DNA from: Burkholderiaceae bacterium
GTDB lineage: Bacteria > Pseudomonadota > Gammaproteobacteria > Burkholderiales > Burkholderiaceae_B
Assembly: GCA_034680345.1 (NCBI GenBank)
Contig: JAXISZ010000008.1
Coordinates: forward strand, 5,363-69,362
DNA length: 64,000 nucleotides
Direction: 5' to 3'
The notes under the pieces are model-generated. The model was not told the origin of the DNA. It worked only from the letters and a program-made list of their open reading frames with translations, and searched no databases. Positions within the stretch are counted from its first letter, which is position 1. The number at the start of each line of letters is the position of its first letter. The position numbers were made by a program, and so were the translations under genes. Shown here piece by piece: positions 49,141 through 56,426 of the stretch.

Positions 49141-51837
49141 TTACCGGTATTCAATCAGCAGGAATTCAGCGCCACCTGCAATAAGATCGTTGATCTTGAG
49201 TTTTGGGAACAGGTTGCGCTTAAGCACTCCTAGTTTGATTCGCACCTCCTGCGTGTTGGGCACTCGATGCGGCGTGAAGACCGTTTTCTTGGCAGCATTG
49301 TCTACATCGGTCTTGGTGCAGGGAATCCCTGCTTCATCGTTTAGGATGTCCGCCAGATCCTTCGCTTTGAGCTTGTAGGTCGGGAAGATGTTTTTTCTGC
49401 CAAAGGCATGTGGTTTTAGCTCATGCGTGCCTGCCTTACGCAGCTTCAATGCGATCAACAGCTCCTGACGCAACCTCTTCAAATCGCCTTGGTCTTTCCG
49501 CAGGTATTTCGAGGCATCGCCCTCAGTGCTCAGGCTGCTTTCGTGGAATGTTGCAAAGGCTTCGAGGTCCTCGACCGTTTTCAGGCAATGCCGTTCCGAC
49601 AGGTTGTATTGCTCCCATAACTGACGGGTCTTTTGAAACTGCTTGATGGTCTCCCAGGGACATGTTTGAAATTGCAGATGCTGGTAGCCTTCACCCTTAG
49701 TCATGACGGGATTGGTCGGTCGTCGCTTCCAGTCGTACTCCATGGAAAGGACTTTTTCCATTTCACGGTCGACGAAATCAGCACCAAGTTCATACATGTC
49801 CCGGATGCCGAGACCCAAGGTCATCATCATCGTATCTGTGGGCTGGCGGTTGAAAAAGAGGTTGATGATTTGGCTATTTTCGGCTGGCTTTGAGGCTGGA
49901 TCAGGCAGTTTGATGCCGCCCTTTGCGAGGACATATCGCTCGTCTTCCTTAGGCGCCATGCCCGTGTCTTGCCAGTCTGATGCCTCACTTGGAACAAGGG
50001 TAGCCTGAGCACGTGTTCGCCAGCCCAATGGCTTTCGTATGATGTGTTTGATTTCGTAAACGTCTTCTTTGCCAGATGAGACGCCAGTCAGAAGACGCCT
50101 AGAGGATCGGTAAAACCGACAAAGCGTGCCTTTGGATGCTTGCGCCATTTGCTCGGCAGTCGCAGTGGTCAAGAAACCATCGGTCGTCACGTTGAAGATG
50201 GCAACATTCTTGGGCAGGGCGTTCATAATTTCGCCCAGCACGCCCCGACAAAATGCAGTGATGAAGGCGGCATACACTGGGTTCGTGATCGGGCTTTCAG
50301 CGAGTGGCTTGGTGTCTTGGTCTCGCAGATCATAGATGCGTCGCTCTCGCAACCCTTGAGCAGTCTTGCCATAAGTCGAGTTGACTAGCTCTTTCCAGAA
50401 CAGGTTATTTAAAGTCTTTTTCGGGAACTGCTTACGCTGCTCGATGCAATAACGGGTGAAGCCGTCAAACGGGCGCACTGGGCGCTCAATTCCCTGCTTA
50501 ACTTTCCCATGTCGCCCAGACGGGATGAAACGTCCCTCAATTAATGTGATCTTTGCCCCCAGGCTGTGCGCCAACAAGATCTCGCTGATGTGAGTCGTGC
50601 TGTTGCCCTTTCGGGGAAAAATCAGACCGTTCTCGGTTCTGACTGGCAACACCGGATAGGCAACATCATCAGGGAACTCAAAATCGACATTGGCAAACGC
50701 CAGCTCGGCGGACCGAAAGTTCAACAATTCATCTGTGTCACGAATGGGGCGGCATTCGTCCCAATCAGGTCTGCCGATCAAAGCCATCGCCGATGGATAG
50801 GCGCTGGAAAGGTCATAGTCATACCAGACGCTTTCAAACGCAGGTCCAAACCAGAATTGCTCGTTGCGTCCGCCGTGATAACACTCGGTGAAGAAGTCGA
50901 GCGACCAATGGATTTTCTTGAGGTAAACGATCTTTTTCTTGGTCTGATATCTCCCGAAGCGTTTGCTCCAGTATTTCTCTTTGATTTCCTCTTTGCCGAC
51001 GATCTCAAGTGGGTTAACGCCTTGGTCCTTCCAGAACTGTCGGATCAGATCGACGCCGATGGAGGTCAATGTCACAGGCATGCGGAACTTGCCAGTCCGG
51101 TCTTGGTAAAGACGGATCATCCTACGGGTGTATTGGGTGCAGATTTCGGCGTCTCGGATGGCGTACTCATGAAATGCATCCCAATCTTGCTGCATGAACG
51201 CCTTCATGTTCTGCTTGATCTTCAGCTCTTCCTGTGGGGTCGAACCAAGTTCGATCTTTTCAAAGTCAAGGATGTCACCAATACCTGCAAGGCTCTTTGC
51301 GCCAGCAGGGGCAAGGGTCATGGTGTCCCGGATTTTCACACTAATCGGGATGCTATCGCCGGAAGAAGTCTTACCAAGGTTCAGCCTAATGTCATTGGCG
51401 ACGTTCATGAAGAGGTTGCGAATGTTGTCCAGCTTTAGGGTTGATCTTGTCGCTTCGTCTTTGAAGTCAGCAAATCCCGGCACATCAGCCCTTGTGAAGT
51501 GGGCGACAAGATAGATCGTGCTGGGCAAAATTAGGTTAGGGAAGCGGGCGCAACCATCAGCCAACGCAGATGTCAGGAAATCTTCCAGAGTTATACGGTC
51601 CTCAACATTAGGACCTCTTGGCTTGAGCAGTCCTGACCAGATTGGTGCAGAGCTATCATCACCATGACGTTCTATCACGGTGCAGCAGTATTGATAGCTG
51701 AGAACCTCGTTGTTTAAGGTCCGGCTGGCGTCGTCAGTGTATCGCTGGTATTCGGTATCAAAGCCAATGATCAGGTAACGGCTGGGGTCAGCACGCACTG
51801 TGTGGATCGAATCGAATTGTGACTTTAATAAGGGCAT
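49141..51837 (-). CDS. family-B DNA polymerase, primer-independent PolB (piPolB)-like
   Basis: Motifs: ExoI FDTEY (D27/E29), ExoII HFTRAD, ExoIII YAIRD. Also YHGGRNE, motif A DLSSAYPS (342-349), motif B KELVNSTYG (482-490), motif C TTDG (551-554), and KH-x8-RTR (597-609). Confidence 0.85.
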   Translation of the reverse strand: MPLLKSQFDSIHTVRADPSRYLIIGFDTEYQRYTDDASRTLNNEVLSYQYCCTVIERHGDDSSAPIWSGLLKPRGPNVEDRITLEDFLTSALADGCARFPNLILPSTIYLVAHFTRADVPGFADFKDEATRSTLKLDNIRNLFMNVANDIRLNLGKTSSGDSIPISVKIRDTMTLAPAGAKSLAGIGDILDFEKIELGSTPQEELKIKQNMKAFMQQDWDAFHEYAIRDAEICTQYTRRMIRLYQDRTGKFRMPVTLTSIGVDLIRQFWKDQGVNPLEIVGKEEIKEKYWSKRFGRYQTKKKIVYLKKIHWSLDFFTECYHGGRNEQFWFGPAFESVWYDYDLSSAYPSAMALIGRPDWDECRPIRDTDELLNFRSAELAFANVDFEFPDDVAYPVLPVRTENGLIFPRKGNSTTHISEILLAHSLGAKITLIEGRFIPSGRHGKVKQGIERPVRPFDGFTRYCIEQRKQFPKKTLNNLFWKELVNSTYGKTAQGLRERRIYDLRDQDTKPLAESPITNPVYAAFITAFCRGVLGEIMNALPKNVAIFNVTTDGFLTTATAEQMAQASKGTLCRFYRSSRRLLTGVSSGKEDVYEIKHIIRKPLGWRTRAQATLVPSEASDWQDTGMAPKEDERYVLAKGGIKLPDPASKPAENSQIINLFFNRQPTDTMMMTLGLGIRDMYELGADFVDREMEKVLSMEYDWKRRPTNPVMTKGEGYQHLQFQTCPWETIKQFQKTRQLWEQYNLSERHCLKTVEDLEAFATFHESSLSTEGDASKYLRKDQGDLKRLRQELLIALKLRKAGTHELKPHAFGRKNIFPTYKLKAKDLADILNDEAGIPCTKTDVDNAAKKTVFTPHRVPNTQEVRIKLGVLKRNLFPKLKINDLIAGGAEFLLIEYR

Positions 51838-51844
51838 GACAGAA

Positions 51845-51888
51845 GTAGTAAAAGTTTATCCTAATTACCCATACCAAACTTTTACTAC
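51845..51888. repeat. perfect 13-bp inverted repeat (18-nt spacer) just upstream of the polymerase start codon
   Basis: GTAGTAAAAGTTT at 51845-51857 pairs with AAACTTTTACTAC at 51876-51888. Confidence 0.9.
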
Positions 51889-52171
51889 AATGTTAGCGCC
51901 CAAAAAATTGAAAAAGACTATTTTTTATTAAAAGTAAAAATAAGTAAAAATAAGTTAAATGTAGTTTTATTTAAAATTTATCAATTCAAATCCGGAATCG
52001 ATTGATCGAGTAGGCGGAGGTCTATCGCCGTAACTGGTTATCGAATAACAAAAATATCATCAGTCACACTAAGCCATTGATTTCAAACACTATTTTGTCC
52101 GTACAAAACGGTGTACGAAATGATCTCGTTTTATTAAAATAGATTTTGATATTTTTATAACGAGATAGCTC

Positions 52172-52774
52172 ATGGCACTTGGAAAACAAGCAAAGGTCCT
52201 GTCGAAGCAGCAAATCGAATCCCTGTACCTCTCGCTGTCATTGACCCGAGACCCTGACAGGAACCGTCTGATCTTCCTTCTGTCTGTGAAGGCGGGTCTG
52301 AGGGCAAAAGAGATCGCTGGGCTGACGTGGGGAATGGTCATTGATGCTTCAGGTGATCTTTCAGATCAGATTGCCTTGGAGAACTTGGCGTCAAAGGGCA
52401 TGTCAGGTCGGATCATCCCGATTAACAAACTGCTTAAGCAGGAGCTCCAGCGCCAGTTGGATGGAGTCCTTGTCAAGAAGACCATCCAAGAAATCCGCAA
52501 TCAACGGGTAATACAAACCCAAAGGGGCGATGCAACATCTGCCCAGGTGATCGTGAATATGTTCAAAGGTTGGTATGCCCGTGCTGGTCTGATTGGTTGT
52601 TCATCCCATAGCGGCCGCCGTACCTTCATAACCAATGCAGCAAAAAAGATTTCTACGGTTGGTGGCTCATTGAGAGATGTTCAGTGGCTTGCTGGTCACA
52701 GCAGCCTTCAGACAACCCAGCGGTATATTGATGGCGATAGTGATGCCCGCAGGAAGGTTGTTGATCTTGTCTGA
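52172..52774 (+). CDS. small tyrosine recombinase (catalytic domain only)
   Basis: The catalytic residues sit in RAKEIAGLTW, HSGRRTF and LAGHSSLQTTQRYI (the RHRY-type set). Confidence 0.85.
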   Translation: MALGKQAKVLSKQQIESLYLSLSLTRDPDRNRLIFLLSVKAGLRAKEIAGLTWGMVIDASGDLSDQIALENLASKGMSGRIIPINKLLKQELQRQLDGVLVKKTIQEIRNQRVIQTQRGDATSAQVIVNMFKGWYARAGLIGCSSHSGRRTFITNAAKKISTVGGSLRDVQWLAGHSSLQTTQRYIDGDSDARRKVVDLV

Positions 52775-54443
52775 AGTTCTCCACATCTACACCCGTGTTT
52801 CCACCCTTGTCCAAGCCGATGAGGGAATGTCTTTGGAGTTCCAAAAAGAGTTGGGTATCAAACGTGCTCAGGATCTGGGCTTTGACTTCAAGCTTTGGAA
52901 CGAAGGTGGCAAGTCCTCAAACCACGAAGAACTTGATAAGCGACCAATGCTGTCGCAGCTTTTCAACGAGATAAAACGTGGCTCCGTCAAACACCTGTTT
53001 GTGTACGATCAGTCACGGTTATCACGTAACGACACGGTCTCATCCATCTTCCGTATCGAATGCGCCAAACAGGGAGTGACCCTTTACAACAAGGAGGGGA
53101 AGTACAACCTGAGTGACCACAACGACCACTTCATGAAGCAAATTCTTGATGCGGTCGGTCAATTCGACAATGCCCAAAGAGCAGAACGAACACGACTGGG
53201 CAAATTGGCACGAATTAGGCAGGGGAACTGGATGGGAGGGCCTCCACCATATGGCTACGAAATCCAGAATCGAAAATTGGTCATCAATGATGAAGAAGCG
53301 AAATGGGTCAAGTACATCTACGAGCAATATGCCGAGCGTGTGCCACTCATTGACGTGAAATTTGAGCTTGACTCCAAGGGGGTCGAACCAAGGCGCAAGC
53401 TTGGCACTTGGACGATGGGCTCATTGCAGGCGTTGCTGCGAAATACCCACTACCTTGGGTATTGGGATTTTAAGGATGGAAAGACAGGTGAGGAAATCCG
53501 AGTTGATTGCCCCCGGATTCTTCCTTCTGCGTTGTGGTCCAAAGTTCAGAAAACCAAGGAAGATCATCTCAGCAAACGCAACAGCACCAATGCGGTGAAG
53601 CATTTCTACATGCTCAAGAACGTGCTTCGCTGTGGTCATTGCGGAACATGGCTGTCTGGAACAATTAACCCAAAGCAACCAAGTAAGAAACACTACTACT
53701 GTCCCAAGAAAATGCGTGAATGGGGAAAACGGTCGATTGAGCAGGAAGATAAGTGGAAGCGTGGCAGGGTGTGTGAAATGACTCGGTCACTGAACATCGA
53801 TGCCACAGATGAACTGGTCTGGAACACCGTCCTCGATGTCATCACCAAAAGTCGAACCTTCAGAGAAAAAACCAAGGTTGAAATTCTCGGGGAGGACTAC
53901 CTGTCTGCCAAAGGCGCTGAAGAAGAAATCAAAAATGTGAATCAGAAGGTGAGCCAGTTGAAAAAGATGCTGGCAAAGGTGCAGGATGCACTTGCACGGG
54001 TGGAGACGGACAGGTTGATGGAGCGACTGAGCCCCGATCAGTACCCAGTTGTTCGTGGAAACATCAGCAAAGAAAAACTGGCGATTGAAGTCGAAATCGA
54101 ACAACTGACTGCTAAGGCTGACGGCATCGGTCGTGATCGTAAGTGGTTCAAATGGCTGGATAACTTTCGGCAAAAAATCGACTCATTCAAGGATTTCACG
54201 CCTGCCCAGCGCAAAGAGGTCTTGGCGGGGCTTTTAACCTCGGTGGATGTTTTAATGATCGACAGTCAGACACATTGGCTGGAACTTCAATTCAATGTGC
54301 CGCTCGTGGATGATGAGTTGGTGTATCGTGATCCATCCAACAAGAAGCTCGGCTATGCCATCAAAAATGGCATGACGACCTGCATGGTTGAGCTATCCCA
54401 GAAGTCCCATGGCAAAAAAAAACCAATCGAGCCAACTACTTGA
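52743..54443 (+). CDS. large serine recombinase
   Basis: It has the resolvase motif IYTRVSTLVQ, a recombinase domain (GGPPPYGYE), a zinc ribbon (CGHCG...YYCP) and a coiled coil. The start is uncertain: the ATG at 52743 overlaps the Tyr recombinase by 32 nt, and the track ORF begins at 52677. Confidence 0.85.
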   Translation: MPAGRLLILSEVLHIYTRVSTLVQADEGMSLEFQKELGIKRAQDLGFDFKLWNEGGKSSNHEELDKRPMLSQLFNEIKRGSVKHLFVYDQSRLSRNDTVSSIFRIECAKQGVTLYNKEGKYNLSDHNDHFMKQILDAVGQFDNAQRAERTRLGKLARIRQGNWMGGPPPYGYEIQNRKLVINDEEAKWVKYIYEQYAERVPLIDVKFELDSKGVEPRRKLGTWTMGSLQALLRNTHYLGYWDFKDGKTGEEIRVDCPRILPSALWSKVQKTKEDHLSKRNSTNAVKHFYMLKNVLRCGHCGTWLSGTINPKQPSKKHYYCPKKMREWGKRSIEQEDKWKRGRVCEMTRSLNIDATDELVWNTVLDVITKSRTFREKTKVEILGEDYLSAKGAEEEIKNVNQKVSQLKKMLAKVQDALARVETDRLMERLSPDQYPVVRGNISKEKLAIEVEIEQLTAKADGIGRDRKWFKWLDNFRQKIDSFKDFTPAQRKEVLAGLLTSVDVLMIDSQTHWLELQFNVPLVDDELVYRDPSNKKLGYAIKNGMTTCMVELSQKSHGKKKPIEPTT

Positions 54444-54471
54444 ATAAAGGTCAAAAGGACTTTAGTCCGCC

Positions 54472-54499
54472 ACGGTGGAATAGTTTCGCTTTTACCTTT
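54472..54499 (+). repeat. right junction repeat (attR-like), a displaced glmS 3'-end look-alike
   Basis: ACGGTGGAATAGTTTCGCTTTTACCTTT reads ...T V E TAG in the glmS-equivalent frame. Confidence 0.65.
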
Positions 54500-54572
54500 G
54501 CGTGCTTCGAGGTTGATGTTAGCACCCATGTTACTGTGATATAGGTACGCAACAATAGGCAAGTCAGAAGAG

Positions 54573-54609
54573 CTTTGAGGGTGCTTATTGGGTCCCTCAG
54601 AGGGTTTTT
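54573..54609 (+). terminator. rho-independent terminator-like hairpin, possibly the displaced native glmS terminator
   Basis: CTTTGAGGG (54573-81) pairs with CCCTCAGAG (54594-602), with one G-U pair. The loop is 12 nt, followed by GGTTTTT. Confidence 0.45.
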
Positions 54610-54650
54610 CACCAAAATTCTTTTATCAATTGCACAAGTCGATCGGGGTT

Positions 54651-54659
54651 GGGGGGGGG
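54651..54659 (+). repeat. G9 homopolymer in the intergenic region right of the island
   Basis: I counted it directly. It is preceded by GGGGTT. Confidence 0.9.
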
Positions 54660-54944
54660 CATAGTGAATACAACTTGTCAGTGATCAGGTCCGAGCCTTA
54701 AATGTATGAGCATTGATTAAAAATTAACATGCTAAGTCGCTACAGGAGCAAAATAGTTATTTTTTGGCATGAAGAACAGATCTAGAAAATAAATATGAAC
54801 AACGCTGTGAATCGTACTTGTGAATCATAGCTTGTAAGAACAGATGGTTTTAAATCAATTACAATAGAAAATTACTCTGTCCACACCGTTGCCCTGTACT
54901 TTTTTGTCAAAGTTAGTGCAAGTCAGAAAACTGAAAGCTTCCGC

Positions 54945-56396
54945 GTGTCCAAGTTGCACTTTTTATCAGGCAGTGTCTCAAGCAAGCCACTGTACGTTGA
55001 TTTAGATGGTACTCTTACATATACTGATTTGTTGTTTGAGGCAGCTTTGATGCTGCTTAAGCGCAATCCTTTAAATTTATTGATGATGTTATTTTGGTTG
55101 TGCCGAGGTCGCGCTTATTTAAAAGCGCAAATGGCGATGCGCGTACAACCAGACCCCAAACTTTTGCCCTACCACCAAGGTTTACTGGAGCGTTTGCGTC
55201 AAGAAAAAGCTTCTGGTCGTCGGTTAATTTTGGCAAGTGCGTCAAATCAATTTTGGGTGCAAGCTGTGGCTGATCACCTGGGAATTTTTGATGATGTGCT
55301 TGCGAGCGACGGCAAAATCAATTTGCGCGCGCGGCAAAAACGTTTCGCAATTGAAGCACATAATTGTGGTAAGCCGTATGCGTATGCGGGCAATAGCGAT
55401 GATGATCGTGCTGTTTGGCATGGTGCGGCAGAGGTTTGGGTGATAAATGCACGGGCTGCTTTGCAGCGAGATGTATTGTTGGCAGAACCGCGTGCCGTTG
55501 TGTTTCCGCGCTTACGTTTATCAATGATGGACTTAATACGGGCCTTGCGCTTGTATCAATGGGCTAAAAATATATTGTTATTTTTGCCATTGTTGGCTGC
55601 GCATTGTTGGGATGTAACGGCTTGGTGGAATGCATTTTTAGGTTTTTTAATTTTTGGTTGTTGTGCATCGGCCACCTACATAGTCAATGACTTATGGGAC
55701 TTAGGTGCTGATCGCATGCATCCCAGAAAACGTTTCCGTCCATTTGCAAGCGGTCGGTTATCGATAGTTTCAGGATTGTTTTTGTTGATTTTTCTATTGC
55801 CCATTTCATTGTGGGCTGCTGCTGGTTTGTCTTGGGTATTTTTTGGTTTGTTGTTGCTTTATGTTGTGATAACAATTGCTTATTCTTTGTATTTAAAAAA
55901 AATACCTTTAGTTGATGTATTGGTTTTAGCTTTTTTATACATTCATCGTATATTTTCTGGTGGGGTATTGGTTGGTTTAACATTAACCCATTGGTTAATT
56001 ATGGTTGCTTTATTTATGTTTGTTAGTCTTGCGTTGGTAAAACGTTGCACCGAATTGCAGTGGATGCGTCGAGCCGGAAAAACCAATGCTGCGGGCCGTG
56101 GGTATCGCGTCAGTGACTTGCCTTATTTGTCTGGGGTTGGAGTTACATCTGGTTTGGTTGCCATTATGGTGTTGGCTTTATACATTCAAACGCAAAGTCA
56201 TTCGCTTTTATATTCAGCGGCTTACTATTTGTGGTTTATATTGCCTGTTTTATTGTATTGGGTGATGCGTTTATGGATTAAAACAACCCGTATGCAGGTG
56301 CATGATGATCCTTTATTATTTGCAATTCAAGATAAACCCAGTTGGGTTGTGGCAATTTTAGTGGCTTTTTTTGTTTGTATGGCTTCGTTTGCTTAA
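54945..56396 (+). CDS. HAD-phosphatase / UbiA-family prenyl-phosphate phosphoribosyltransferase-like fusion protein
   Basis: N-terminal HAD motifs DLDGTL and GNSDDD are present. The C-terminal part has UbiA-type multi-TM architecture with NDLWDLGADRMHPRKRFRPFASG. The start codon is GTG. Confidence 0.65.
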   Translation: MSKLHFLSGSVSSKPLYVDLDGTLTYTDLLFEAALMLLKRNPLNLLMMLFWLCRGRAYLKAQMAMRVQPDPKLLPYHQGLLERLRQEKASGRRLILASASNQFWVQAVADHLGIFDDVLASDGKINLRARQKRFAIEAHNCGKPYAYAGNSDDDRAVWHGAAEVWVINARAALQRDVLLAEPRAVVFPRLRLSMMDLIRALRLYQWAKNILLFLPLLAAHCWDVTAWWNAFLGFLIFGCCASATYIVNDLWDLGADRMHPRKRFRPFASGRLSIVSGLFLLIFLLPISLWAAAGLSWVFFGLLLLYVVITIAYSLYLKKIPLVDVLVLAFLYIHRIFSGGVLVGLTLTHWLIMVALFMFVSLALVKRCTELQWMRRAGKTNAAGRGYRVSDLPYLSGVGVTSGLVAIMVLALYIQTQSHSLLYSAAYYLWFILPVLLYWVMRLWIKTTRMQVHDDPLLFAIQDKPSWVVAILVAFFVCMASFA

Positions 56397-56426
56397 TCCA
56401 TATTTATTAAAAAATGAATATTTATA

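Larger units (their letters stand above)
40947..54499. mobile_element. pipolin-like integrative element (piPolB + Tyr and Ser recombinases) inserted in the glmS 3' end, composite and partly decayed
   Basis: Evidence comprises flanking imperfect direct repeats, an abrupt change of composition and gene content, the polymerase and recombinase genes, and recombinase remnants. Confidence 0.7.

Noticed and set aside
50566-51438. The 290-aa plus-strand ORF, and other plus-strand ORFs from 49127-51514, opposite the polymerase gene.
   Set aside because: These are shadow ORFs antisense to a gene with unambiguous polymerase motifs. Their sequences are low in complexity and Arg/Leu/Ser-biased.
49141-51837. 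A casposon or a protein-primed linear plasmid/phage PolB element.
   Set aside because: There is no cas1 and no terminal-protein candidate, and I found no terminal inverted repeats at the island ends. The motif C/KxY variants point to piPolB instead.
40959-54499. A Tn7 or Tn7-like transposon, as expected downstream of glmS.
   Set aside because: There are no TnsA/B/C/D/E-like genes, no Tn7-type terminal repeats with TnsB-binding arrays, and no 5-bp target duplication ~25 bp after glmS. The junction lies inside the last codons and has a recombinase-type repeat.
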